Origin: a virus | Strand: one strand, 5' to 3' | IMG/VR virus record: IMGVR_UViG_3300045988_159790 | DNA length: 64,000 nt | Shown: one piece after another, positions 19,026-28,484 of the stretch | How positions within the stretch are numbered: position 1 is the first letter of the stretch | How the letters are laid out: each line of letters starts with the position of its first letter | Notes under the pieces: model-generated | What the model saw: the letters and a program-made list of their open reading frames with translations, nothing else | Told to the model about the DNA's origin: nothing | Database searches by the model: none | Program-made: the position numbers and the translations under genes

Positions 19026-21359
19026 TTAAATTTTTGTGACTTTAAGAATCTTATTATCTTTAATCATAATATTTCCTAAAGATATTTTGCCTAAAAGTGG
19101 AATTTCGGTTGCCGCGATACATAATGAATTTTTATTACCACATAGTAAAATATTATCTTCATCACTTATCATTAAAGCTCCAGCAATTTCTTCTTTTGAA
19201 CAAATAGTTCCTCTACCACCTCGTCCTTGAAGAGGGAATTCATTAAGTTCAACCTTTTTACCAAGACCGTTTGTAGTAAATATAGCTAAGTTATCTGTAT
19301 CTTTATGAATAGGTAATGCCGCAACTATCTCGTCATTTTCATCTAATCTCATACCTTTGACACCTAAAGTTACCCTACCAACAGGAGTAATGTCTTTTGT
19401 TTCAAATTTAATACTATTTCCGTTTTTTGAGATTAAGATAATAGACTCTTCATCCTGGAATATTACATCTACAACTTCATCATCATCTCTTACTCTCAAT
19501 GCTGCAATTCCTGTATTTTTTCGTGCTGACATATACTCTTCAAGATAAGTCTTTTTAATCATACCTTTTTTAGTGACAAAGATTGCAAATTTTGGAGTAG
19601 TTTTTCTATGTAAAGAAGTCACTGCAATAATCTTTTCATCATTATCTAATTTTACTAAATCAGATATTAGACAACCTTTTGTTGCATTCGTTCCTACTGG
19701 AATATTATCAACAAGTGTTCTATACATCTTTCCGCAATTAGTAAAGAACATCATTGTATCTACAGTATTAGTTTTTACAACATCTAAAAGAGCATTATCT
19801 TCAGATTTTACTCCTTTTGTATTTCTTCTTTGAACTCTAAAAGAAGACTGCGGAACTCTCTTTATTAATCCAGTTTTTGTTGTTACTACAACAACATTTT
19901 CTGGAATTACTTCTGCAATTTCTTTTTCTTCTTTTGGAACTTCAATTTGAGCAAGTTCTGTTCTCCTTTCATCTCCAAATTTTTTTACAATATCAGAAAG
20001 TCTTTCCCATAACTTCTCAACTTGTACTTCTCTGAACTTTAAAAGATGTTCTAAATCTTCTATTGCTCTTAACAGTTCTTCTTTTTCTTTCTCAAGTTCA
20101 ACTTTTTCAAGTCTTGCTAATTTAGATAACTTCATATCAAGAATAGCTTTTGCTTGAATTTCAGAAAAATTATATATTTCTATTAAACGCTGCTTAGCGT
20201 TACTTGCGCTATCGGATTTCTTAATTAAATTGATAATATTATCAATATCTTCAAGAGCCTTAATAAGTCCATCAACTATATGTAATCTTTCTTTTGCTTT
20301 AATTAAATCATACTGTGCCTCTTTCTTTAAACAACTAATATTATGTTCAACATAAACTTCGATTGCGTCTTTAAGATTCATTTCTGTTGGTGTCTTTCCT
20401 ATAAGAGCAACTTGATTATATGAAAAAGAACTTTGTAAAGATGTCTTATTAAATAATTGCGCAACTACTTTTTCAGGTAATGTATTTTTTTCAACTTTAA
20501 TAACTAACTTTACACCTTTAGAATCAGTATCGTTAGAAATTGCAGTAATTCCATTTATTTTACCTTCATCTGCGGCATTGCCAATTTCTGTAATAAGACT
20601 TTCCACTCTTGTGCCATATGGAATCTCATAAAAGATAATTTTTTGTTTATCAATCTTATATCTTCCACGAATCTTTACACTTCCATGTCCAGTTTTCATA
20701 ATGGTAGGAATATCATTCTTATTAATAATAATACCACCAGTTGGAAAATCTGGACCTGGTAACATTGGTTCTTTACCATCTAAATAATCTCTTATTGCAT
20801 TTGCAACCTCTTTTAGATTATGTGGTGCCCAAGAACATCCCATTGCCCATCCAATTCCCTCATTTGGATTACATAATAAATTTGGAAAAATTGCTGGTAA
20901 GGTAACTGGTTCTTTTTCAGTTTCATCATAATTTGGAATAAAGTCTACAGACTCTTTTTTAATTCCGTTTAAAAGACCAGCTTCACTTAACTTAGTAAGT
21001 CTTGCTTCTGTATATCGCATTGCCGCAGGCCCATCTCCAAGAATGTTACCAAAATTACCATGTCCATCAAATAGAGGATATCTCATAACCCAATCCTGAG
21101 AAAGTCTAACCATTGCTCCATAAATAGAACTATCTCCATGAGGATGGAAACGACCCATTGTATCTCCGACAATTCTTGCAGATTTTACATGAGGCTTATT
21201 AGCTGTTCTTCCTTCAATAAAAGCATCCCAGATAATTCTTTTAGCAACAGGTTTTAATCCGCTTTTTGCATCTGGAAGGCTTCTATCCGTATTAACTGCA
21301 ATACCATATTCAAGACTATTTCTTTGTATCTCATCTTCTATTGTGTTATTATTCCACAT
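19026..21359 (-). CDS. type IIA topoisomerase subunit A (GyrA / T4 gp52-like)
   Basis: KSARIVGDTMGRFHPHGDSSIYGAMVRLSQDWVMRYPLFDGHGNFGNI...AAMRYTEARL matches GyrA active-site region (catalytic Tyr region). Confidence 0.8.
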   Translation of the reverse strand: MWNNNTIEDEIQRNSLEYGIAVNTDRSLPDAKSGLKPVAKRIIWDAFIEGRTANKPHVKSARIVGDTMGRFHPHGDSSIYGAMVRLSQDWVMRYPLFDGHGNFGNILGDGPAAMRYTEARLTKLSEAGLLNGIKKESVDFIPNYDETEKEPVTLPAIFPNLLCNPNEGIGWAMGCSWAPHNLKEVANAIRDYLDGKEPMLPGPDFPTGGIIINKNDIPTIMKTGHGSVKIRGRYKIDKQKIIFYEIPYGTRVESLITEIGNAADEGKINGITAISNDTDSKGVKLVIKVEKNTLPEKVVAQLFNKTSLQSSFSYNQVALIGKTPTEMNLKDAIEVYVEHNISCLKKEAQYDLIKAKERLHIVDGLIKALEDIDNIINLIKKSDSASNAKQRLIEIYNFSEIQAKAILDMKLSKLARLEKVELEKEKEELLRAIEDLEHLLKFREVQVEKLWERLSDIVKKFGDERRTELAQIEVPKEEKEIAEVIPENVVVVTTKTGLIKRVPQSSFRVQRRNTKGVKSEDNALLDVVKTNTVDTMMFFTNCGKMYRTLVDNIPVGTNATKGCLISDLVKLDNDEKIIAVTSLHRKTTPKFAIFVTKKGMIKKTYLEEYMSARKNTGIAALRVRDDDEVVDVIFQDEESIILISKNGNSIKFETKDITPVGRVTLGVKGMRLDENDEIVAALPIHKDTDNLAIFTTNGLGKKVELNEFPLQGRGGRGTICSKEEIAGALMISDEDNILLCGNKNSLCIAATEIPLLGKISLGNIMIKDNKILKVTKI

Positions 21360-21373
21360 TATATATCTCCTTA

Positions 21374-22035
21374 TTATTCAGCATTATACATTGCTTCTTC
21401 GCCATAATCTTTTAAGAATTTTTTTCTATAAATAACATTCTCGCCCATAAGCTGATTAAAAAGCTGATTAGCAATATTCACATCTCCAACTTTAATCTGT
21501 CTAATAATACGAGTTTCTGAATTAGTCAAGCATTCCTCGGTTTCATCTTTATCCATTTCTCCGAGACCCTTCATTCTTTTTACTTCATATTTTTCTCCTA
21601 AATGATTATTACGATATTCTAATAACGCAGCATCATCTTTAAGATATTGATATGATTTTCCATTTTTTTCAATTATTCTATAAAGTGGTGGAACGCCTGC
21701 ATAAACATATCCTTCAGTAATCAATTTTGGACATAAGTTCCAACAGAAGGTATAAAATAAGTTTTTAATATGGCTTCCATCAATATCAGCATCGCTCATA
21801 ATAATGATTTTTCCATATCGTAACTTTTTCATATCATAAGTGATTTTATTAGTTTTTATATCAAAACTCCATCCATCTTCTCCAAAAAATGCGGATAGCA
21901 TAGTAACAATTTCTGCGTTTTTCATAATCGCGGCGATGGTTGCTTTTTCACAATTAAGAACTTTTCCTCGTACAGGAATTACTGCTTGATAAGTTGCATT
22001 TCTAGCTAACTTTAAATTACCAGAGGCACTATCCG
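21374..22035 (-). CDS. type IIA topoisomerase subunit B (GyrB/T4 gp39-like), exon 2 (Toprim domain)
   Basis: Reading upstream of track ORF start gives DSASGNLKLARNATYQAVIPVRGKVLNCEKATIAAIMKNAEIV = GyrB [31 protein letters not shown]; then IIMSDADIDGSHIKNL and PPLYRI. Confidence 0.7.
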
Positions 22036-23108
22036 TGTGCCTCCTATGTTTCCATAGGCACTGACTATCTCTTCGCTCCGACTTGTCAAGTCATCAACGC
22101 GTCCTCCATTTCCACTTTTGTATCAATAAAAAGTGTACTGCGGGTCTCACCCCACATAGTCGATACAGCTTATTCTATATCTTTATATGTATGTCGAGTA
22201 ATAATGTTGTATATAGTACTCCAACTTACATCTGGTGCGTATTTTAACTGCACCTCTTTTGGACTTAAACCACTATCATAATCTTTTCTCATCTGTATTA
22301 CGGTTTCTTTTGAAAACTTTCTTTTGTTATTAGAAGCTATTTCAGAAGAATTTGCTTTCGCTTGATGAGAATGCCAATATTTATTTTCTTCAGTGTGATA
22401 TTCCGGATGAATATCCTTCCAAGTATCGAACCACCAAACTTTTTGCAATCCTCTTTTAGATATTTTATCTTTATATTTCTCAAAAACATCTTTAAAAGGA
22501 ATATGTGAATTATAACATTCTCTAATATCATAAACATCTTCTCTAGTTAATAATGCACGACCATTTTTTTCACCAGACTGACCTCGATTTGGATTATCAT
22601 CGCCACCTTCTGTTGCATTATAACCATTTTTATAAGAATCATAATATTTAATGAAATACTTTTCTAAATCATCTAATATTTGTTTAGAATATTCTTCTTT
22701 TGATATTTCTACAATTACCTCATAAGAAAAATTTTCTAATCCATATTTTCTAATAGCTTGATGAAATTGACTATTGTAATCTTTTGCATTTTTGTTGAAT
22801 GCAGAAGATTTATGTGCATATCTACGCTGTTCTAAGTCAATACTCTGTCCGATATAAATTTTGTGGTTTATTTTATTTTGATATTTATAAATTCCAATCA
22901 TTTACACTGTCTCCTTTCATTTATATTAAAAGGTGATAGTGTTTTAATTATTTATTTTTGTCCAAAGATATAAAATCTTGCCACGGGATTGACTTCGCCT
23001 AAACATATTTTGACTTATATGTGTAACGGTCAGCTTTCCCCGTTAGCCGCATATTTATGCGACCCCGCTGATAAACGGTAAGAAGGATTCGGGCAATAGT
23101 TTTCACTT
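22036..23108 (-). mobile_element. group I intron interrupting topo II B-subunit gene at the EGDSAGG Toprim motif
   Basis: Exon 1 ends ...ITEG with last nt U (ggt) then in-frame TGA; exon 2 resumes DSASGN after an intron-terminal G; GC-rich structured segments 22036-22169 and 22902-23108 flank a GIY-YIG ORF. Confidence 0.6.
22170..22901 (-). CDS. GIY-YIG homing endonuclease (intron-encoded)
   Basis: MIGIYKYQNKINHKIYIGQSIDLEQRRYAHKS canonical GIY-YIG; AAAGGAG RBS. Confidence 0.8.
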   Translation of the reverse strand: MIGIYKYQNKINHKIYIGQSIDLEQRRYAHKSSAFNKNAKDYNSQFHQAIRKYGLENFSYEVIVEISKEEYSKQILDDLEKYFIKYYDSYKNGYNATEGGDDNPNRGQSGEKNGRALLTREDVYDIRECYNSHIPFKDVFEKYKDKISKRGLQKVWWFDTWKDIHPEYHTEENKYWHSHQAKANSSEIASNNKRKFSKETVIQMRKDYDSGLSPKEVQLKYAPDVSWSTIYNIITRHTYKDIE

Positions 23109-24374
23109 ACCCTCAGTGATATAAATTTCACAAAGTTCACGGCTTTCGCTACTTGCATCAGCTAACTTACTGTCAAATTTTAAAACTTTTTTCTTTTTCT
23201 CTTGTTTGTTTCTAACAGTTTCTCTAGCCTTTTTCGCAGCTTCTCTAGCCTTACGAGCATTTAACGCTTTATCTGCAATTCCCTTAATGTCTTTCTCATT
23301 TGCAGCAAGCCAACTTTGTAAATTTTCAGATATCACACTTGTGAAAGGAGTCATATCAATCTTTACAATTCTACTTTTAGTCTGTGCATCATAAGAGATG
23401 TTAGGAGCAGTTATATTAAAAGCTATAAGCAATCCTTCTTGTATATCATCACCTGTCAAATTATCATCTTTTTCTTTTAACCAATTCTTTTCTCTAAAGA
23501 ATTTGTTCATCTCTCTTGTAATAATTGTCTTTATCTGTGTAATGTGAGGACCTGCATCTGTCTCTCCAGTATTAACATACGATATAATATTAGAGCTATA
23601 TTTATCTGTATAAGTTAATACTAAATCAAGTTTATTCTTTCCATTTTCATAGTTAATATTTAATCTATTTTTTAATATCTCACTATCTCCTGCAATATCA
23701 TTAAGTAAATCATTTAATCCATTTTTAGAAAAATAGGAAATGTGAGCATCTGTTTCTTTTTCTATTAAATTGATTGTTAATCCAGGGCATAAACAAGTTA
23801 ATACATGAAATAACTTTTTAAGTCTTTCAGTATCTATAGCCGCACTTGTAAAAAACTCCTCACTTGGTTGCCATGATACTATTGTTCCGGTGTGATGATT
23901 TCCTTGATTCCCTAGAACTCTCTTCTTGAATACTCCTTCAACAAACTGAACTTCTTCCATTTTTCCATCACGATAAGAAGTTACTGTAAGCCAATGACTT
24001 AAATAATTTGTTAATTTACTACCTATACCATTTAGACCAAGAGCAGTTCCTTCATAAACACCATCATCAGAAAACTTACCAGATGTATTTAATACATCAA
24101 AAGAAGCCTGTAAAACGGTCTCTCCATCATCTCTTAATGAATTTATCGGAAATCCTTGACCAAAATCTTCTACTGTGCAACTTCCATCTTTTGAATAAGT
24201 GACATTAATAATATCTCCATGTCCTGCTTTATGCTCATCAATTGCATTTGATACAATCTCTATCACGAGTTGAGTAGAATATTCTGTACTACCACAATAT
24301 ACACCAGGTCTAAGACGAGTAAACTCAAGAGGTGTTTTACTTTGTATAGAATCCGCATCATATAATTTGCTCAT
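23103..24374 (-). CDS. type IIA topoisomerase subunit B, exon 1 (GHKL ATPase + transducer)
   Basis: LEFTRLRPGVYCGSTEY...LVIEIVSNAIDE matches GyrB N-terminus LEHVRKRPGMYIG...EVVDNSIDE; ends ELCEIYITEG. Confidence 0.8.
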   Translation of the reverse strand: MSKLYDADSIQSKTPLEFTRLRPGVYCGSTEYSTQLVIEIVSNAIDEHKAGHGDIINVTYSKDGSCTVEDFGQGFPINSLRDDGETVLQASFDVLNTSGKFSDDGVYEGTALGLNGIGSKLTNYLSHWLTVTSYRDGKMEEVQFVEGVFKKRVLGNQGNHHTGTIVSWQPSEEFFTSAAIDTERLKKLFHVLTCLCPGLTINLIEKETDAHISYFSKNGLNDLLNDIAGDSEILKNRLNINYENGKNKLDLVLTYTDKYSSNIISYVNTGETDAGPHITQIKTIITREMNKFFREKNWLKEKDDNLTGDDIQEGLLIAFNITAPNISYDAQTKSRIVKIDMTPFTSVISENLQSWLAANEKDIKGIADKALNARKAREAAKKARETVRNKQEKKKKVLKFDSKLADASSESRELCEIYITEGK

Positions 24375-24378
24375 TTAA

Positions 24379-24603
24379 CTAATCCCTTTCTTCCTTTATA
24401 ATATTTACAATATCTATTCCATTAAAAGTAACAGCTATTTTATTATTGGGAAAAGCTCGCTGATATTCTTCTAAAAAATTTGATACTTCTCGTATATTAA
24501 AAATATCTTGGTCGAATTTAAGAACAATAGTATCACCTTTTGATATTGATAAAGTTGTACAAGAAATACCTTTTTCAGAATCTGTAATAAAACTATTTAC
24601 CAT
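24379..24603 (-). CDS. small hypothetical protein
   Basis: 74 aa ORF followed by promoter motif. Confidence 0.3.
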   Translation of the reverse strand: MVNSFITDSEKGISCTTLSISKGDTIVLKFDQDIFNIREVSNFLEEYQRAFPNNKIAVTFNGIDIVNIIKEERD

Positions 24604-24622
24604 TTTCTTCTCCTTTTTTCTT

Positions 24623-24660
24623 TATATTAATATTATATCATATTTTTTTTCTGATGTCAA
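24623..24660 (-). promoter_or_regulatory. conserved promoter motif copy upstream of topo II operon
   Basis: tatattaatattatatcatattttttttctgatgtcaa. Confidence 0.5.
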
Positions 24661-24775
24661 ACTTTTGATTTAATGAGTTAAATTGTAGTTAGCTGTAGTA
24701 AAGTTAAAATTAATTTTCTGAGTAAATCTTCGTTTTATGAGAAAAATTGATATACATAATAAAAGAGTAGGAAAA

Positions 24776-25195
24776 TTAATTCCTACTCTCACTCATCTTT
24801 TTATGTAGATATTCTCTTTTAGTAATAGAAGCCTTAAGTTCTGTCATATCATTAGAAATTTCAGTTGCTAACTTATTAACTTCTGCAATCTTTACATTCA
24901 TCTGTTTAAACATGCACTTAGCTGTATCAGAAGTTTTATCAAAGTTTTTATAAGACATTACTGTCTGAACAAACTTTCTATTAGCTTCGCATTCTGCCTT
25001 TAATCTCTGATATCTTTTCTTTTTAAGATTAATACGCGCGCGGGCATGTGCGATTCCGCAGCCAACTAATTCAGAACCATATTCTCTGTCATCTTCATGT
25101 AGCCTTGCTTTTCCGCAACCAATATCTCCATGTTTTCCTCTTATAACAACCTTAGCCGCACCTGTCTTTTCATTATATTTAGTATTCATTATCAT
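24776..25195 (-). CDS. hypothetical protein
   Basis: 139 aa, basic. Confidence 0.4.
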   Translation of the reverse strand: MIMNTKYNEKTGAAKVVIRGKHGDIGCGKARLHEDDREYGSELVGCGIAHARARINLKKKRYQRLKAECEANRKFVQTVMSYKNFDKTSDTAKCMFKQMNVKIAEVNKLATEISNDMTELKASITKREYLHKKMSESRN

Positions 25196-25199
25196 ATAT

Positions 25200-25760
25200 T
25201 TATTCTCCTTTTACTTCTTTATGCTTTAACTGGATATCTTCAATAATTGTATCAAAAGAAACTGGAGTGTTATTATGACTATCCATTCCAACATGATACA
25301 TGGTAGGAATATTATCATAAAAATTTTCCTTCTGATGAGTATGTCCATATAAGTTAATTACCTGTCTTTTTAGCGGAAGGTCATTATCTCCATTTGCAAC
25401 CATTGTTGGATAATGACTTAAATAAAAATTATAACCTCGAAATTTTATTGTCATTGCAAATCCTTCAATAAAAACATTTGGACATTCATTATAAAGTTTC
25501 TGTCTCGTAGATGTATCATGGTTTCCCAACAATAAATGAATTTCTCCATTTAACTGTTTTAAAAATTCAATACCTATATTGTTATCTCCCAACATAACAT
25601 CACCAAGATGATAAACAACATCATCTGGTTGAACAACAGAATTCCAATTTTTAATGATTGCAGCGTTCATTTCTTCTACAGAATTAAATCCACGCTCCTT
25701 AAAAACAAATTCTTTATTATGTCCAAAATGGGTGTCACTCGTGAAATATGTATTTCCCAT
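25200..25760 (-). CDS. metallophosphoesterase (candidate polynucleotide 3-prime/2-prime,3-prime-cyclic phosphatase)
   Basis: SDTHFGH, LGDVMLGD, GNHD, GHTH calcineurin-like motifs; adjacent to kinase gene. Confidence 0.65.
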   Translation of the reverse strand: MGNTYFTSDTHFGHNKEFVFKERGFNSVEEMNAAIIKNWNSVVQPDDVVYHLGDVMLGDNNIGIEFLKQLNGEIHLLLGNHDTSTRQKLYNECPNVFIEGFAMTIKFRGYNFYLSHYPTMVANGDNDLPLKRQVINLYGHTHQKENFYDNIPTMYHVGMDSHNNTPVSFDTIIEDIQLKHKEVKGE

Positions 25761-25763
25761 ATA

Positions 25764-26564
25764 TTATCTCCTTTTCTTTCTTCTATGTATTTCATATCTA
25801 TCTTTTAATTCTATATTAGTAACCTCTCCGCAATCTGTTGTTACTGTAGAAATGGGATAGATGTTATATATATCAGTATAAGGGTAATTATCATGAGCAG
25901 GGTCTGAGAATGAATGTCTCATTCTAATAATAGCTTCTTCTGGTACATAAGCTCTTGTTCCTTTTCTTAAATTATTCCCATAAAGTGCAACTTCTTCACT
26001 AACACTCACGAAAAGCGGAATTACATTAACATCTTTTAAGAAGCCTTTCCCGATAGAGTTAATTAATTTCATTCTTGAACTTTTATTAAGATGTGTTGCA
26101 TCTGCGAAACAGTAGTTATTAAAATTTATCTGATATTTAATTTCATTAACGAATAACTCAAAGACTTCTTTTTCTTTTGAGAAGTACTCTTCATCTTCTG
26201 AAACTATACTAAAACGAATTAAATCTCTACTAACAACATGCTTTTCATAATTAATCTTATTAAGCTTACAAAACATAGATAAGAAGCTTGATTTTCTTGA
26301 ACCTGGACAGCCGCACATTAAAAATAAGTACTTTTCATTAGGCTTTATTTCTATATCTCCAATAATTTCTCCATTCTTATCTCCATTTATAAAATATGGA
26401 TATTCATTTTCTTCATTACATTCATTTAAAAATAATGAGAATGTATAAATACCTGGTTTATAATAGTGACCATCTCCGCGATAACACTCTTTATATTTAG
26501 AACAAGATTCATTACCGCATCTTGTTATATCATTGTCAAAATAAGAAATTGCATTATTCATCAT
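25764..26564 (-). CDS. polynucleotide 5-prime-kinase-like P-loop protein (Pnk kinase domain-like) with N-terminal Cys-rich region
   Basis: Walker A LMCGCPGSRKSS resembling T4 Pnk GCPGSGKST, downstream SRD...R; N-terminal CxxC pairs. Confidence 0.55.
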   Translation of the reverse strand: MMNNAISYFDNDITRCGNESCSKYKECYRGDGHYYKPGIYTFSLFLNECNEENEYPYFINGDKNGEIIGDIEIKPNEKYLFLMCGCPGSRKSSFLSMFCKLNKINYEKHVVSRDLIRFSIVSEDEEYFSKEKEVFELFVNEIKYQINFNNYCFADATHLNKSSRMKLINSIGKGFLKDVNVIPLFVSVSEEVALYGNNLRKGTRAYVPEEAIIRMRHSFSDPAHDNYPYTDIYNIYPISTVTTDCGEVTNIELKDRYEIHRRKKRR

Positions 26565-26866
26565 ACTTTACCCTCTTTATTTAACTTAGCTCTAAATTCT
26601 CCATAAGGAAGAATTCTATTTCCTTCTTCATCAAAGTTACCTTCATTAAACTCTAATAAGAAATCACTATAATCATATTTAGTCCATGGTTTACACTCTA
26701 CATGATTATGCTCTTCTTTGCAATTAAGACACCATAGTCTTTTTAAATGTCCAGCTTCTCTTTCCTGTCCTCTCTTGCGGGGAATATCAAAGCCTCTTTT
26801 ACCACATTTTGTACAATAAAATTCACTTGGGTCTGCTAATTGCGTTCTTCTTGCCATATATAACAC
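26561..26866 (-). CDS. small zinc-ribbon protein
   Basis: CTKCGK...CLNCKEEHNH. Confidence 0.4.
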   Translation of the reverse strand: MLYMARRTQLADPSEFYCTKCGKRGFDIPRKRGQEREAGHLKRLWCLNCKEEHNHVECKPWTKYDYSDFLLEFNEGNFDEEGNRILPYGEFRAKLNKEGKV

Positions 26867-26921
26867 TTCCTTTCTTTTTATATATATATTATAACATTTT
26901 TTTTAATAAAAATCAAAAAAA

Positions 26922-26952
26922 AATAAGGCGTACTACTAATACAGTAATACGC
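26922..26952 (-). terminator. rho-independent terminator after PhoH-like gene
   Basis: aaggcgta..tacgcctt hairpin then T-rich. Confidence 0.5.
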
Positions 26953-26959
26953 CTTATAA

Positions 26960-28177
26960 TTATAAATTTTCTGCAATTTTTGCAATTTTACTTCTATAAA
27001 TATTTTTAAGAGTAACTTCACTATAAAAATCTTGTCCTCTAAATACTTTAGACACTCTGCGGAGACCATTATGCTCGCCCGCATACATATCTAAATCAAC
27101 TTGAGCATTGTCATCTCCATCAAGAATTACTTGACAATCATCACCTACTCTTTGAAGTGCAAGTTTCATTAAGTCTGAATCCATATTTTGTGCTTCTGTG
27201 ATATAAATAATAGAATTAGAACCTGAAGTATCATATCCTCTGATATCAGCTAAAGGTAAAAGAATAAGTTGTTCATGTAATATCATGTCATTTACAATAT
27301 CTTCTCCAAGCTTTGCCTTTAAGAAGTTTCCTATTTGGCTATCTAAAAGTTTCTCTGTCCTAGTTCCAGGATAAAAACCTAATTTAGCTGCACCTCTAGC
27401 TGCAACTGTGTTGCAAAAGATTATGATTTTTTCTTTTTTACCAGTTTCCAATTGGTTCATCATATAAGCAAAAGCAAGATAAGATTTTCCACTTCCCGCA
27501 GGACCTCTTAAAACAACCATTTGGTCATGCACTAAAGAATCTAATGCAAGTAACTGATATGCATCGTTATTGTAAGGACTTATCTTACCAAAGAACTTAG
27601 AATCAATCTTAGGATATATAACTTTTTTATAACCTTCTTCTGTCCATTTATATTTATCAACAATACAGTTATTGTTAACTACAATCAAATATTCATTAAT
27701 TAATAGACCATATTTATTATTTTTAGAATTAACTTCATAAGAATAGAAATTTGCTAATTCTTCATCATCCAGGTTTATAACTTTATAGCCAGTATAATCA
27801 TCTTCTTCAATATCTGGACTAATCGTATTTAAACCTGCGGCTGCCGCTAATCTTCTACATGCAACATCTCTTGTTATAAATAAAGTTTTATTATCTTCTT
27901 TTTGTAAGCTAAGTGCTGCATTAATAATATCATTATCATTATTTGTAGCATTCGCCCCAGTTTTAATAACTTCATATTGATTGCTTTTATTATCTAATAA
28001 ATGAAGTAATTTTCTAGCCTTATATTTAATTTCATTATCTTTTGATGCAGAGGTTTTTATATTTTCTAATTCTACGAGTGTAACATCCGCGATATAGAAA
28101 AAATCTTCAAAAGCTTTTTCTTGTAATTCTAACAAAGCACAAGTATCATAAAATTTATTCATCTTCGTCCTCCTCAT
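26960..28177 (-). CDS. phoH: PIN-domain + PhoH-like ATPase (PhoH2/YlaK-like)
   Basis: N-terminal PIN-like region, Walker A LRGPAGSGKSYLA, PhoH C-terminal motifs. Confidence 0.7.
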   Translation of the reverse strand: MRRTKMNKFYDTCALLELQEKAFEDFFYIADVTLVELENIKTSASKDNEIKYKARKLLHLLDNKSNQYEVIKTGANATNNDNDIINAALSLQKEDNKTLFITRDVACRRLAAAAGLNTISPDIEEDDYTGYKVINLDDEELANFYSYEVNSKNNKYGLLINEYLIVVNNNCIVDKYKWTEEGYKKVIYPKIDSKFFGKISPYNNDAYQLLALDSLVHDQMVVLRGPAGSGKSYLAFAYMMNQLETGKKEKIIIFCNTVAARGAAKLGFYPGTRTEKLLDSQIGNFLKAKLGEDIVNDMILHEQLILLPLADIRGYDTSGSNSIIYITEAQNMDSDLMKLALQRVGDDCQVILDGDDNAQVDLDMYAGEHNGLRRVSKVFRGQDFYSEVTLKNIYRSKIAKIAENL

Positions 28178-28382
28178 ATTCCTCTAAATCTTGAGAGGTT
28201 TGAAATCCAATAGCAACACCATTGCTACAGTCCTCTTCTTCAATATCTTTCTTTACATTATATGTTTCTTTTGCAATTAGAGTACATATATGCTGACTTA
28301 GCTGTTGTAAAATTGTAATTATGCAATCTACGATTGGAATAATCAAAAGAACAAACAGACTTCCTTTTATAAAATTTTTCAT
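28155..28382 (-). CDS. small membrane protein with acidic tail
   Basis: TM LFVLLIIPIVDCIITIL, C-terminal EEYEEDEDE. Confidence 0.3.
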   Translation of the reverse strand: MKNFIKGSLFVLLIIPIVDCIITILQQLSQHICTLIAKETYNVKKDIEEEDCSNGVAIGFQTSQDLEEYEEDEDE

Positions 28383-28461
28383 TAGAAGCCCTCCCGGTTT
28401 ATTTTATATATAATATGAAAAAAGGAATAAGAAAATTATATCTTTTTGACCAAATAAAGAA

Positions 28462-28482
28462 AGGTGCGGCAATGCCGCACCT
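28462..28482 (-). terminator. rho-independent terminator after RNA ligase gene
   Basis: aggtgcggcaatgccgcacct GC hairpin followed by TTCTTTATTT on coding strand. Confidence 0.6.
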
Positions 28483-28484
28483 AT

